This document shows, piece after piece, positions 1-8,375 of a stretch of DNA of 64,000 bases (position 1 is the stretch's first letter; each line of letters begins with the position of its first letter). Both the position numbers and the translations under genes were made by a program. Location of the stretch: positions 1,568,001-1,632,000 of the forward strand of contig CAVYRF010000001.1 of assembly GCA_963770895.1 (NCBI GenBank). Reading direction: 5' to 3'. Under the pieces are notes generated by a model. That model was not told the origin of the DNA. It searched no databases and saw only the letters and a program-made list of their open reading frames with translations. The DNA comes from an uncultured Acidobacteriota bacterium (GTDB taxonomy: Bacteria > Acidobacteriota > Thermoanaerobaculia > Multivoradales > UBA5704).

Positions 1-262
1 TCCAACGCTCGGCCTCGCCAAGCAGCCAGTCGTCCTGCCGCAGGTAGCCGGCGTACCAGTGGGCATAGGCGATGCCCGCGGTGCCATAGGCAAGGTTGGC
101 GTAGAAACCTTGCTGACGGCGGACGATATCGGACCACGACAGGTCCGCCATCGAATCCAGGTAGTCGTCGAGATAGGCGTGAAAGATCTCGGCTGTTGAC
201 GTTGCGGCTGGACCGCCGCCGGAAGCGGTCGGCGCGTACGGAGCATCCGACGGCGGTCTCAC
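1..262 (-). CDS. N-terminal part of a LanC-like (lanthionine synthetase C family) protein, runs off the window edge
   Basis: Hand translation from GTG at 262: VRPPSDAP...EIFHAYLDDYLDSMADLSWSDIVRRQQGFYANLAYGTAGIAYAHWYAGYLRQDDWLLGEAERW. The 'NLAYGTAGIA' stretch resembles LanC GxxG repeats. Starts 9 nt after the stop of the precursor peptide. Not in the ORF track. Confidence 0.55.
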   Translation of the reverse strand, partial: MRPPSDAPYAPTASGGGPAATSTAEIFHAYLDDYLDSMADLSWSDIVRRQQGFYANLAYGTAGIAYAHWYAGYLRQDDWLLGEAERW

Positions 263-271
263 GGCACCGGC

Positions 272-463
272 TCAGTATTGCGTCAGCGAGCAGAAAATCG
301 TGTTGCACTGATTGAGGGTCGGGGTTTTGTTGCTCGAGCAGCCGGTGATCGACGGACACTGGGCGCCCGCCGCCACCTGCTGTAGCTCGCTCGACACCAA
401 ACCGCGGACGGTCTCCTTGGAGAGCTGCAGGGTCTTGCCGGAGCGGGAGGAAAGTCGCTTCAT
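272..463 (-). CDS. Class I lanthipeptide-type precursor peptide (63 aa)
   Basis: Leader has LQLSKETVRGL (LxLxKx5L) and ends ELQQVAAG. Core AQCPSITGCSSNKTPTLNQCNTIFCSLTQY has 4 Cys and many Ser/Thr. AAGGAG RBS at 471-476. Confidence 0.85.
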   Translation of the reverse strand: MKRLSSRSGKTLQLSKETVRGLVSSELQQVAAGAQCPSITGCSSNKTPTLNQCNTIFCSLTQY

Positions 464-743
464 GGTGATTCTCCTTGTCGTCAGGCCGGCCCTCCATGGA
501 CCGGCCGCTGTCCCCGAAACGAACGACCTTCGGGAAGCGCACGACAGTCCTCCTCAGAGCACATGGAATGCCGCCCGGCGAGCCGCCGTGCTCGGCACCG
601 CAAACCACAGAAAAAGAATGCTTTATGGCTCAGTCACAGGTTTGCGGGAGAGCCGGCGCCTGCGCAGTCCCTGGGCACCTGCCCACCGGGATGGCAGGCC
701 GACCGCATTGCAGCACGCCGCGACAAATGATCGAATTGACCGG

Positions 744-1601
744 ATGACGGGACCATGGATAGCCCTCGTGCGCGTGACGGGCCGGCTCGCCCGCGGGGGC
801 GGCTGGGGCCAGCGCCTCGCGCGGGCAGCGCGCTCCCTGCTGGTGACCGTGGCGGCGATTGCGGTGACGGGGGCCATGGCGGTCGCGTCGGCCGGGACTT
901 CGGAGGCCGCGAACCCGTACCAGGAGCACTTTGTGCCGCATGCGCCGGGCAGGGGAGTGCTGTTGCCGCCGCCGCCGTCTCCGACACTGTTCCGCGGCGC
1001 CGACTTTCAGGCGGACGAGCTGGCCTTGCTCGAGAACGGCTACATGCTCCTGGGCGCTTCCAGCTTCGCGGACGGCGGCGGCGATGCGCGCCAGGCGGTC
1101 GAGCAGGGCAAGCGGGTGGGCGCGGCCGCGGTCGTCGTCTATGGCCGCGACTTCAAGGTCTTTCCGGGGCGGCCGCTGCCGTGGTGGCCCAACCTCCCGG
1201 AACCACCGCCGGCGGTGGGGGCCAGCGGTGCCGGCATCGGCGAATCGATGATCGCGGCACCTCCTGCCGCCGCCTTCGCCGCCGGGTATGCCGCCACGTA
1301 CTGGCGCAAGGTCGCCCCGACGATCTTCGGCGCGGTGCTGCGGGCGCTCGACCGCGACGAGATGGCGCGGTTGTCGCGCCGCACGGGCGCGGTGGTCGAA
1401 GCAGTCCGCGTGTGCACCTCCGCCCAGGCGGCCAACATCCTGCGCGGTGACGTCCTGGTGGCGATCGACGGCAAGCCGATCCAGGACGTCGCGGCGATCG
1501 ACCCGTACCTCGATTCGATCGCCGGCCGGAAGATCCACGTCGATCTGCTGCGCAACGGCCGGCCCCGCTCGATCGAGGTCCAGTTGAGCCAGCAGCCTTG
1601 A
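744..1601 (+). CDS. Exported PDZ-domain-containing protein (start uncertain)
   Basis: Hydrophobic signal/TM segment LLVTVAAIAVTGAMAVASA, then a C-terminal PDZ signature (GAVVEAVR..TSAQAANILRGDVLVAIDGKPI...VDLLRNG). The upstream extension to 312 overlaps the precursor gene and is unlikely. Confidence 0.72.
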   Translation: MTGPWIALVRVTGRLARGGGWGQRLARAARSLLVTVAAIAVTGAMAVASAGTSEAANPYQEHFVPHAPGRGVLLPPPPSPTLFRGADFQADELALLENGYMLLGASSFADGGGDARQAVEQGKRVGAAAVVVYGRDFKVFPGRPLPWWPNLPEPPPAVGASGAGIGESMIAAPPAAAFAAGYAATYWRKVAPTIFGAVLRALDRDEMARLSRRTGAVVEAVRVCTSAQAANILRGDVLVAIDGKPIQDVAAIDPYLDSIAGRKIHVDLLRNGRPRSIEVQLSQQP

Positions 1602-1611
1602 ACGCCCGCCG

Positions 1612-3507
1612 CTATTTGAAGTAGCCGGAGACGTCGATCAACAGTTGGGTGCTGGCTGTGCCGGTGGCGCTGTAGGAGGCCCACACGGCACCGAGCGGAT
1701 CGCCCGTGAGGTCGATGACGCCGTTGCCGGCCCGCAAGTCGCCGGCCTTGAAGTTGACGTTCGAAGAGACGTCGGCGATGCCGCTCGGCGCGACGCTGAT
1801 GAAGCCGTCGGCGCCCGGCGTCACCACGGTGACGTTGGCCGCCACCGCCTTGGCGTCGGCGGGCACGCCGCATTGGCCGGCGAGCTGGAAGGCGCGGCGG
1901 CCACCGGCGGCGATCGCCGGTCCGCCGAACGGCCCGGCGGCCTGGCGGGTGTCGACCACTCGGCAGGGCGGCAGGGTGAAAAAGTGGAGCGGCGCGGCAG
2001 CCGGGCCGTAGGCCCACAGGTTGGCGTTTTCGTCGCCGACGAAGAGGCGCCCATCGACCAGGATCGGGCTCTCCCAGTGCAGGCCCGAGGGGCTGGAATC
2101 GCTGAACAGCTGAGTGCCGGTGGTCGGGTCGAGCGCCTTGATGCCGCCGCTGCTGTTGTAGAACAGCATGCCGTTGGCCACCAGCGCCGAGCTGCCGCCT
2201 GGCCCCTGGTTCCATTGCGACACCAGGCTTGGGTTGCCCGAGCCGTCGACCGCCACCTTGAGGCCGGAGATGCCGCTGCCGTTGGCCACGAACACCCATA
2301 CGGAGCCGTCGACCGGGCTCACCCAGACGGCCGGCTGCGGCAGCGTTCCGCCGCCCTGCGGCACCGACATCTTCTGCAGTTCGCCGGCGACGTGCGCCGG
2401 TGCGCCGGCGCCGCTCATGTTGCTCAGGTTGATCAGCCGCAGCTGGCCATCCTTGCCGCTCTGCACGGCGAGGGGGTTGAACTTGCTGCCGGCGATCGGC
2501 GGCAGCAGCGCGGGCGAGGTGCTGCCGAGATCCGCATCGTCGTCCTGCAGCGTCTGGAATTCCGTCGGCGTATAGCTGTCGAGCGGCATGCCGCCGCCGC
2601 TGCCGGTGCCGTCGGGGTTGAGCGCGAGCACCGAATCGCCCCACAGGTGACCGCCGGAGTTGGCGTCGTAGGTGCCGTTGCTGGTGGTGAACAGGATGCG
2701 GTCCAGCTCGGTGCTGTAGAGCACCGCCGGGCGTCCCCACACCGCCGACTGCACGCCGCCCGAACAATCCGGCGAGCCGGGGCTCTCCACGAAGTGGACC
2801 GTCTGGTCGCTGCACATGACGTTGAACACGTTCTGCGTGCCGGTCGAAAGGTTGATCGCGGTGATGTGCCCCTGGTAGTCGCCGGCGTCCCCGGGATAGC
2901 CGCCGTGGGCGACGTAGAGGTACGGAGTGCCGCTGTTGGTCACCGCCACCGAGAGCGGCGGCGAGCACTTTTCCACGCTGGGCTTCAGCGTCACCAGCTG
3001 CGGCCAGCCGCCGGTGGTGATCTCCGTGCCGTTGCCCACCTGGTACTTGTGGACCTTGCCTTCCAAGCCGTAGGAGTACACGTACAGGCGGTTGGGATCG
3101 ATCGCCGGCGACGAGGTGGTGTAGTTGGGTCCGGTCGCCGGCTGATGCGACCAGACTGTCACGCCGGTCGCCGCGTCCAGCGCCAGGATGTGGCCGGCTT
3201 TCGTGGTGAAGAACAGCAGGTCCTTGGTGCCGCTTGCGGTCGCCACGCCGGTCAGGAAGACGGGAGGGCCGTCGGCGACCGCGGGCAACGTCACGTGGTA
3301 GAGCACGTGCAGGGTCGAGACGTTCCCCAGGTTGATGATGGTTTCCTGCTGGTTGTTGCCGTTGTGGCGAGAGTCGATGTTGAATTGCGGCCAGTCCGCG
3401 GCGCCGGCCGGTGGGGACAGGGCCAGGGCGGTCAGCACCGCCGCGATGGGAACCAGGTGCCATCGCCGGTACGGCCTTGGGTCGGTCGCTGGCGGAAGGG
3501 GTCTCAT
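1612..3507 (-). CDS. Secreted PQQ-like/BamB-type beta-propeller protein with C-terminal Thermoanaerobaculia-type beta domain
   Basis: Signal peptide ...LTALALSPPAGA|ADWPQFN; repeated 'ALDAATG...W' and 'ALDPTTG' propeller blades; 'DADLGSTSP'; C-terminal FFTLPPCRVVDTR...CGVPADAKAVAANVTVV...LLIDVSGYFK. ATG at 3507. Confidence 0.82.
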   Translation of the reverse strand: MRPLPPATDPRPYRRWHLVPIAAVLTALALSPPAGAADWPQFNIDSRHNGNNQQETIINLGNVSTLHVLYHVTLPAVADGPPVFLTGVATASGTKDLLFFTTKAGHILALDAATGVTVWSHQPATGPNYTTSSPAIDPNRLYVYSYGLEGKVHKYQVGNGTEITTGGWPQLVTLKPSVEKCSPPLSVAVTNSGTPYLYVAHGGYPGDAGDYQGHITAINLSTGTQNVFNVMCSDQTVHFVESPGSPDCSGGVQSAVWGRPAVLYSTELDRILFTTSNGTYDANSGGHLWGDSVLALNPDGTGSGGGMPLDSYTPTEFQTLQDDDADLGSTSPALLPPIAGSKFNPLAVQSGKDGQLRLINLSNMSGAGAPAHVAGELQKMSVPQGGGTLPQPAVWVSPVDGSVWVFVANGSGISGLKVAVDGSGNPSLVSQWNQGPGGSSALVANGMLFYNSSGGIKALDPTTGTQLFSDSSPSGLHWESPILVDGRLFVGDENANLWAYGPAAAPLHFFTLPPCRVVDTRQAAGPFGGPAIAAGGRRAFQLAGQCGVPADAKAVAANVTVVTPGADGFISVAPSGIADVSSNVNFKAGDLRAGNGVIDLTGDPLGAVWASYSATGTASTQLLIDVSGYFK

Positions 3508-3509
3508 AG

Positions 3510-3528
3510 TCAGAGAATGATATTCTGA
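3510..3528. promoter_or_regulatory. Palindromic, Fur-box-like operator candidate in the divergent intergenic region
   Basis: TCAGA-N9-TCTGA with an overlapping AGAAT-GAT-ATTCT palindrome. GAGAATGATATTC matches 11/13 of the Fur motif GATAATGATAATC. AT-rich island just upstream of two TonB-dependent receptors. Confidence 0.35.
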
Positions 3529-3558
3529 AATCAGGATCTGGGACAGGGGTATCACCCT

Positions 3559-5643
3559 ATGAAAACCGGTGGTCGTCTCGGGGGGCGGCAGCCGCGCGGC
3601 AGCGCGATGCTCGCAGGGCTTCTCTGGCTTTCCGTGCCGTTGAGCGCCGCGGCGGCCGCTGCGGCCACTTCCGCCCCGCCGCCCCCGCCAAACCCCGCGA
3701 GCGCCACGGACACCATCACCGTCACCGCGACGCGCACCGAGCGGCGCCTTGGCGACACCGCGGCCAGCGTCGTCGTCCTCGACCAGCGCGCGATCGCGGC
3801 GAGCGCTTCGCCGGCCATCGACGACATCCTGCGCCAGGTCCCCGGATTCAGCCTCTTCCGCCGCACCAGCAGCCCCTACGCAAACCCCACCACACAGGGA
3901 GTGTCGCTGCGCGGCCTGGCATCGAGCGGCGCTTCGCGGTCGGTGGTGATCGAGGATGGCGTGCGGCTCAACGATCCATTCGGCAGCTGGGTGTATTGGG
4001 GGCGCGTGCCGCTGGCGGCGGTCGAGCGGATGGAGGTGCTGCGCGGCGCGGCATCCGACCTCTACGGCAGCGGCGCGATGTCCGGCGTCATCCAGCTGGT
4101 GACGCGCGGCGCCGCCACCTCGCAGGCGCTGGCGGATGCGTCCTATGGCAGCGAGCGGACGGGCGACGCCTCGGCCTTCGCCGCCGCGCGGCACGGCGAC
4201 TGGCGGGCGACGGCGGCGGTCGAGTCGTTCGGCACCGGCGGCTACGTGGCGATCGCCCCCGACCTGCGGGGTCCGATCGACACCCCGGTGACCTCGACCT
4301 ACGAGAGCGGCCAGGGCACCGTCGAGCGCGTCGCCGAGGATTCCGGGCGGCTCTTCGTGCGCGGCGGCTACTACGGTGAATCGCGCGACAACGGCACGCC
4401 GCAGCAGGTCAACGATACCGAGATCCGGCAGTGGGTCGCGGGCGGCGATTGGCAGCCCTGGAACGGCACGCTCGCCATGCGCCTCGACGGCGCCAGCCAG
4501 GGTTTCTTCCAAACCTTCACGGCGGTCGCGCCGAACCGCGAGAGCGAGACCCTGACGCGCGCCGAATCGGTGCCCTCGCGCTCGCTCGGGTTCTCGGCGC
4601 AGGGCACGGCGGCGATCTCTCAAAACCAGGGGGTGGTCGCCGGCGCCGATCTCTCACAGGTGAATGCCACGACCGACGAGACAGCGTTTCTCGCCGCCGG
4701 CGGAGCGTCCCAGAGCGCGGTCGAGGCGCGCCAGCGCACCGGCGGCCTGTTTCTCGAAGACCTGGTGAGCGTGTCGTCACGGCTCGAGCTCAACGTCGGC
4801 CTGCGCGGCGACCTCTGGCGCAACAGCGCCGAGCAGAGCGGCGCCGCCGCGGCCGCACCGCCGGACCGCGAGCAGACGGCGTGGAGCCCGCGGCTGGGAG
4901 CGGTCGTGCGCGCCAGCGACGGCCTGCGGCTCACCGCCTCGGCGTACCGCGCCTTCCGCGCGCCGACCCTCAACGAGCTCTACCGCGGTTTCCGGGTTGG
5001 CAACGTGGTGACCGAGGCCAATCCAGACCTCAACTCCGAGCGGCTGACCGGCGCCGAGGCGGGAGCCCTGTGGAGCAGCTCGGCCGGCCGGGTGACGGCG
5101 CGCGCGGTCGCCTTCTGGATGGAGATCGACCGGCCGATCGCCAACGTCACGCTGGCAGAGACCCCCAGCCTGATCACCCGCGAGCGCGAGAACCTGGGCC
5201 GCACCCGCTCGCGCGGCATCGAGGCCGAGATCACCGCCCGCCTCGCCCCCGGCCTGACGCTCGCGGCGAGCGGCGCGCTGGACGACGCGACCGTGACGAG
5301 CTTCGCCGCCGAGCCGGCGCTGGTCGGCAAGCAGGTCCCCGAGGTGCCGCGCCAGAGCCTGAGCCTCGGATTGATCTACGAGCGCGACCGGGTGGCCACT
5401 TTCGCCGTCCAGGAGCGCTACGTCGGCCAGCAGTTCGACGACGACCTGAACCAGCTGCCGCTGCGCAGCTGGGCCGGCCTCGACGCCACCGCCACGCGGC
5501 CGCTGCCCCGCGGTTTCGCCGTTTTCGTGGCGGGTGAGAACCTGCTCGCCAACCGTGCCGAGGTGGCGCGCACGCCGCTGCTGACGCTGGGCGCGCCGCG
5601 CCTGTTGCGGGCCGGCGTGCGCTGGGCGCCTGCGAAGCTCTAG
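3559..5643 (+). CDS. TonB-dependent outer-membrane receptor
   Basis: Signal peptide; TonB-box-like DTITVTATR; plug motifs LRQVPG, SLRGL, VIEDGVRLND, ERMEVLRGAASDLYGSGAMSGVI; barrel motifs AFRAPTLNELY, NPDLNSE, GENLL. Confidence 0.93.
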   Translation: MKTGGRLGGRQPRGSAMLAGLLWLSVPLSAAAAAAATSAPPPPPNPASATDTITVTATRTERRLGDTAASVVVLDQRAIAASASPAIDDILRQVPGFSLFRRTSSPYANPTTQGVSLRGLASSGASRSVVIEDGVRLNDPFGSWVYWGRVPLAAVERMEVLRGAASDLYGSGAMSGVIQLVTRGAATSQALADASYGSERTGDASAFAAARHGDWRATAAVESFGTGGYVAIAPDLRGPIDTPVTSTYESGQGTVERVAEDSGRLFVRGGYYGESRDNGTPQQVNDTEIRQWVAGGDWQPWNGTLAMRLDGASQGFFQTFTAVAPNRESETLTRAESVPSRSLGFSAQGTAAISQNQGVVAGADLSQVNATTDETAFLAAGGASQSAVEARQRTGGLFLEDLVSVSSRLELNVGLRGDLWRNSAEQSGAAAAAPPDREQTAWSPRLGAVVRASDGLRLTASAYRAFRAPTLNELYRGFRVGNVVTEANPDLNSERLTGAEAGALWSSSAGRVTARAVAFWMEIDRPIANVTLAETPSLITRERENLGRTRSRGIEAEITARLAPGLTLAASGALDDATVTSFAAEPALVGKQVPEVPRQSLSLGLIYERDRVATFAVQERYVGQQFDDDLNQLPLRSWAGLDATATRPLPRGFAVFVAGENLLANRAEVARTPLLTLGAPRLLRAGVRWAPAKL

Positions 5644-5657
5644 ACGTCAAGCGCCCC

Positions 5658-8150
5658 GTGGAGCTCTCGATGCCAGGTCTCGCTGCGCAGCTCATCCTCG
5701 CCGGCTTCCTGATCCTCGCCGCCGCTCCCGCCGGGCCGTCCGTGGACCCGGCGGCGCCGGACCCGCCGGACCCGCCGGACCCGCCCGCGGCCGCGGCGCC
5801 TGCCACCAAGGAGGCTCCGCAGCCCAGTACCCCGGAGGCTTCGCCGCAGTCGCCGGCTCGCCAGGACGTGCCGCCCGCCTCCCCGCCGCGCTTCAGCGGC
5901 GAGATCAAGGTCATCGCCCAATCGCCGCTCGGGGGCGCCAGCCAGGCGGGAGCGCGCGCGGCCGCCACCGTCGAGTCGGCCACCGCCGCCGACATCGCGG
6001 TGGCGCAGCCGCTCGAGATCTCCGACTTCATGTCCTCGCGCCTGGCGAGCGTGATGGCCACGGACACGCAGGGGAACCCGTTCGAGCGCGACCTGCAGAT
6101 CCGCGGCTTCACCGCCTCCCCGGTGCTCGGCACGCCAGAGGGCATCGCGCTGTACCAGGACGGTGTGCGCCTCAACGAGCCGTTCGGCGACACCGTGGAC
6201 TGGGACCTGATCCCGCTCGCCGCGATTTCACGGCTCGACCTCGCCCAGGGCGCCAGCCCGATGTTCGGCCTCAACGCCGAGGGCGGTGTCATCACCCTGG
6301 TCACCAAATCGGGCCTCACCGATCCCGGCATCCAGGCCAACCTGCACGGCGGCAGCTTCGGCAGCCGCGGCCTGGACGGCGCGGCAGGTCGCCACTGGGG
6401 CGGGGCGAGCGCATTGGTCGCCACCGACCTGTACGATGAAGACGGCTGGCGCGAGCACTCGCCGACCAAGGTTGGACAGTTATTCAGCAACGTCGGATGG
6501 GCCGGCGACCGCGGCAGCATCGACCTGAGCCTGACCGGCTCCGAAGGCCGCCTGGCGGGCAACGGCGCGACGCCGGTGCAGCTGCTGGCGGAGGACCCCC
6601 GCGCCGTCTTCACCTTCCCCGATTCCACCTCCCGGAGCTCGCTGCTCACCGCGGTGCGCTTTGGCTGGAGCCCCGGCTCGACGACGCTGCTTGACGGCAA
6701 CGTCTACGGTCGCGGCATCCTCACCTCGACGGTGAACGGCGACGCCACCTCCTACGATCCGTGCACCCTGGCGGGCGACTCCGGCCTGCTCTGCATCGGG
6801 TCGGGCGCCGGCGAGCAGCCGGTGAACGACCAGTTCGGCCACACCGTGCCGGTCGGAACGCCGCCGCTCAACGGCGCGCTCAACGACACCCGCACTCGCG
6901 AGACGGCCTTCGGCGGATCGTTCCAGGCCGCCTTCTCGCAGGAGGTCGCGGGCCGCCACAACGAGCTGCTCGCCGGCGCCACGACCGACCTCGCGGACGC
7001 TCGCTTCGGCGCGCAGTCGGAGCTGGGCATTCTCACCGACGACCGCGACACGCTGGGCAACGGTCTGGTCACCCTCGACTCCCTGGTGCGCGTCGACAGC
7101 CACCTCGACCACGTCGGCCTTTTCGTCGCCGACACCTTCCTGCCGCGCAGCGACCTCACCGTTCACCTCGCCGGCCGCTTCGACGTGGCGGACGTCCGCC
7201 TCGACGACCAGCTGGGCGGCGACCTCTCGGGGCGGCAGACCTACCGCCACTTCAACCCCTCCGCCGGCCTGACCTACGCCCTAGCGCCGAGCATCGCGGT
7301 CTACGGCCGCTTCTCGGAATCGTCGCGGCCGCCCAACCCGATCGAGCTGACCTGCTCCGACCCCACCTCGGGATGCCGCTTGCCGAGCGCCTTCGTCTCC
7401 GACCCACCGCTCGACCAGGTGGTCACCCGCAGCTTCGAGGTGGGCGCCCGCGGCCAGCTCGCCGCCGGCGGCGGCGGCAGCGGCGGCGGCCGGCCGGAAA
7501 GCCTGCTGGCGCGGGCCGGCCGCGTGCAGTGGAGCCTCGCCCTCTATCGCGCCGACAGCCTCGACGACATCCTGTTCATCAACAGCGGCACGCTCATCGG
7601 GCAGGGCTACTTCGCCAACGTCGGCCGCACCCGCCGCCAGGGGCTCGACCTCGACCTGCGCGGTGCCGCGGGCGAGCCCGTCTCCTGGTTCCTCGCCTTC
7701 AGCCTCACCGACGCCCGCTTCGAGACCCCCTTCCTGGCGGCCAGCCCCGACAACCCGTTCGCCGACAACGGCAGCATCGCGGTGGCGCGCGGCGCACACC
7801 TGCCGCTCATCCCGCTCTACGACGTCAAAGCCGGCTTCGACGTCGGCTCCCAGCGCTGGCGGGCCGGGCTCGAATTTCTCTACCTGTCGCCCGAGTACCT
7901 GCGCGGCGACGAGGCCAACCTCGCACCGCCCCTCCCCGGCCAGGAGCTCTTCACCGCCACCGGCCGCGTCGTGCTGAGCAAGCGCCTTTCGCTGGTCGCC
8001 CGCATCACCAACCTCCTCGACCGCAAGCTCTCGAGCTTCGGCACCTTCGGCGAAGCCAGCGACGTCCTCGGCGCCGCCTTCGACAATCCGCGCTTCCTCG
8101 TGCCGGCAGCTCCCCGCGCCTACACCCTGGGCATCCAGATAGGACGCTGA
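5658..8150 (+). CDS. TonB-dependent outer-membrane receptor
   Basis: Pro-rich N-terminal linker; plug motifs IRGFTASPVLGTPEGIALYQDGVRLNEPFGDTVDWDLIP and FGLNAEGG; barrel motifs FNPSAGLTY, GRTRRQG, ITNLLD; C-terminal PRAYTLGIQI. Confidence 0.92.
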   Translation: MELSMPGLAAQLILAGFLILAAAPAGPSVDPAAPDPPDPPDPPAAAAPATKEAPQPSTPEASPQSPARQDVPPASPPRFSGEIKVIAQSPLGGASQAGARAAATVESATAADIAVAQPLEISDFMSSRLASVMATDTQGNPFERDLQIRGFTASPVLGTPEGIALYQDGVRLNEPFGDTVDWDLIPLAAISRLDLAQGASPMFGLNAEGGVITLVTKSGLTDPGIQANLHGGSFGSRGLDGAAGRHWGGASALVATDLYDEDGWREHSPTKVGQLFSNVGWAGDRGSIDLSLTGSEGRLAGNGATPVQLLAEDPRAVFTFPDSTSRSSLLTAVRFGWSPGSTTLLDGNVYGRGILTSTVNGDATSYDPCTLAGDSGLLCIGSGAGEQPVNDQFGHTVPVGTPPLNGALNDTRTRETAFGGSFQAAFSQEVAGRHNELLAGATTDLADARFGAQSELGILTDDRDTLGNGLVTLDSLVRVDSHLDHVGLFVADTFLPRSDLTVHLAGRFDVADVRLDDQLGGDLSGRQTYRHFNPSAGLTYALAPSIAVYGRFSESSRPPNPIELTCSDPTSGCRLPSAFVSDPPLDQVVTRSFEVGARGQLAAGGGGSGGGRPESLLARAGRVQWSLALYRADSLDDILFINSGTLIGQGYFANVGRTRRQGLDLDLRGAAGEPVSWFLAFSLTDARFETPFLAASPDNPFADNGSIAVARGAHLPLIPLYDVKAGFDVGSQRWRAGLEFLYLSPEYLRGDEANLAPPLPGQELFTATGRVVLSKRLSLVARITNLLDRKLSSFGTFGEASDVLGAAFDNPRFLVPAAPRAYTLGIQIGR

Positions 8151-8210
8151 GCGCGCGCAGAGGCTTGTAGTCTCGAGGCCTGGCGCGACGACTACAACGC
8201 CCGACATCCC
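8151..8210 (+). mobile_element. Possible tiny remnant of an IS3-family transposase C-terminus
   Basis: Frame reads ARAEACSLEAWRDDYNARHP, resembling the 'IEAWRxDYNxxRPH' motif of IS3-family integrase cores. Sits at the boundary of a lower-GC segment. No inverted repeats recognised. Confidence 0.3.
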
Positions 8211-8375
8211 CGCAACCAAGAGCTTCTTCCGCATCCTGGCTGGCGAAGAAATCGGCTCCGGGGTCCGTCTATTGTCGCAAGACCCTGTTACGGCTGCAGC
8301 GTCGGGGCGAGACTAGAACCCCGGTTCCCCAGGCTACGGCCAGCGCTCCCCTGCGAGCCGGAAGGAGGTTCCGAA

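Noticed and set aside
312-743. N-terminal extension of the PDZ ORF; similar extensions at 3508-4623, 46203-46595, 58233-58550 and 59846-61888
   Set aside because: They overlap better-supported genes; internal starts with RBS or stop/start overlaps fit better.
1612-3507. PQQ-dependent alcohol or methanol dehydrogenase
   Set aside because: Only generic propeller repeats; the vicinal Cys-Cys and WD(Y/F)D active-site motifs of quinoprotein dehydrogenases were not seen.
5757-5783. (CCGGACCCG)x3 tandem repeat
   Set aside because: Encodes the PDPPDPPDP linker of the TonB receptor; not a CRISPR or regulatory array.
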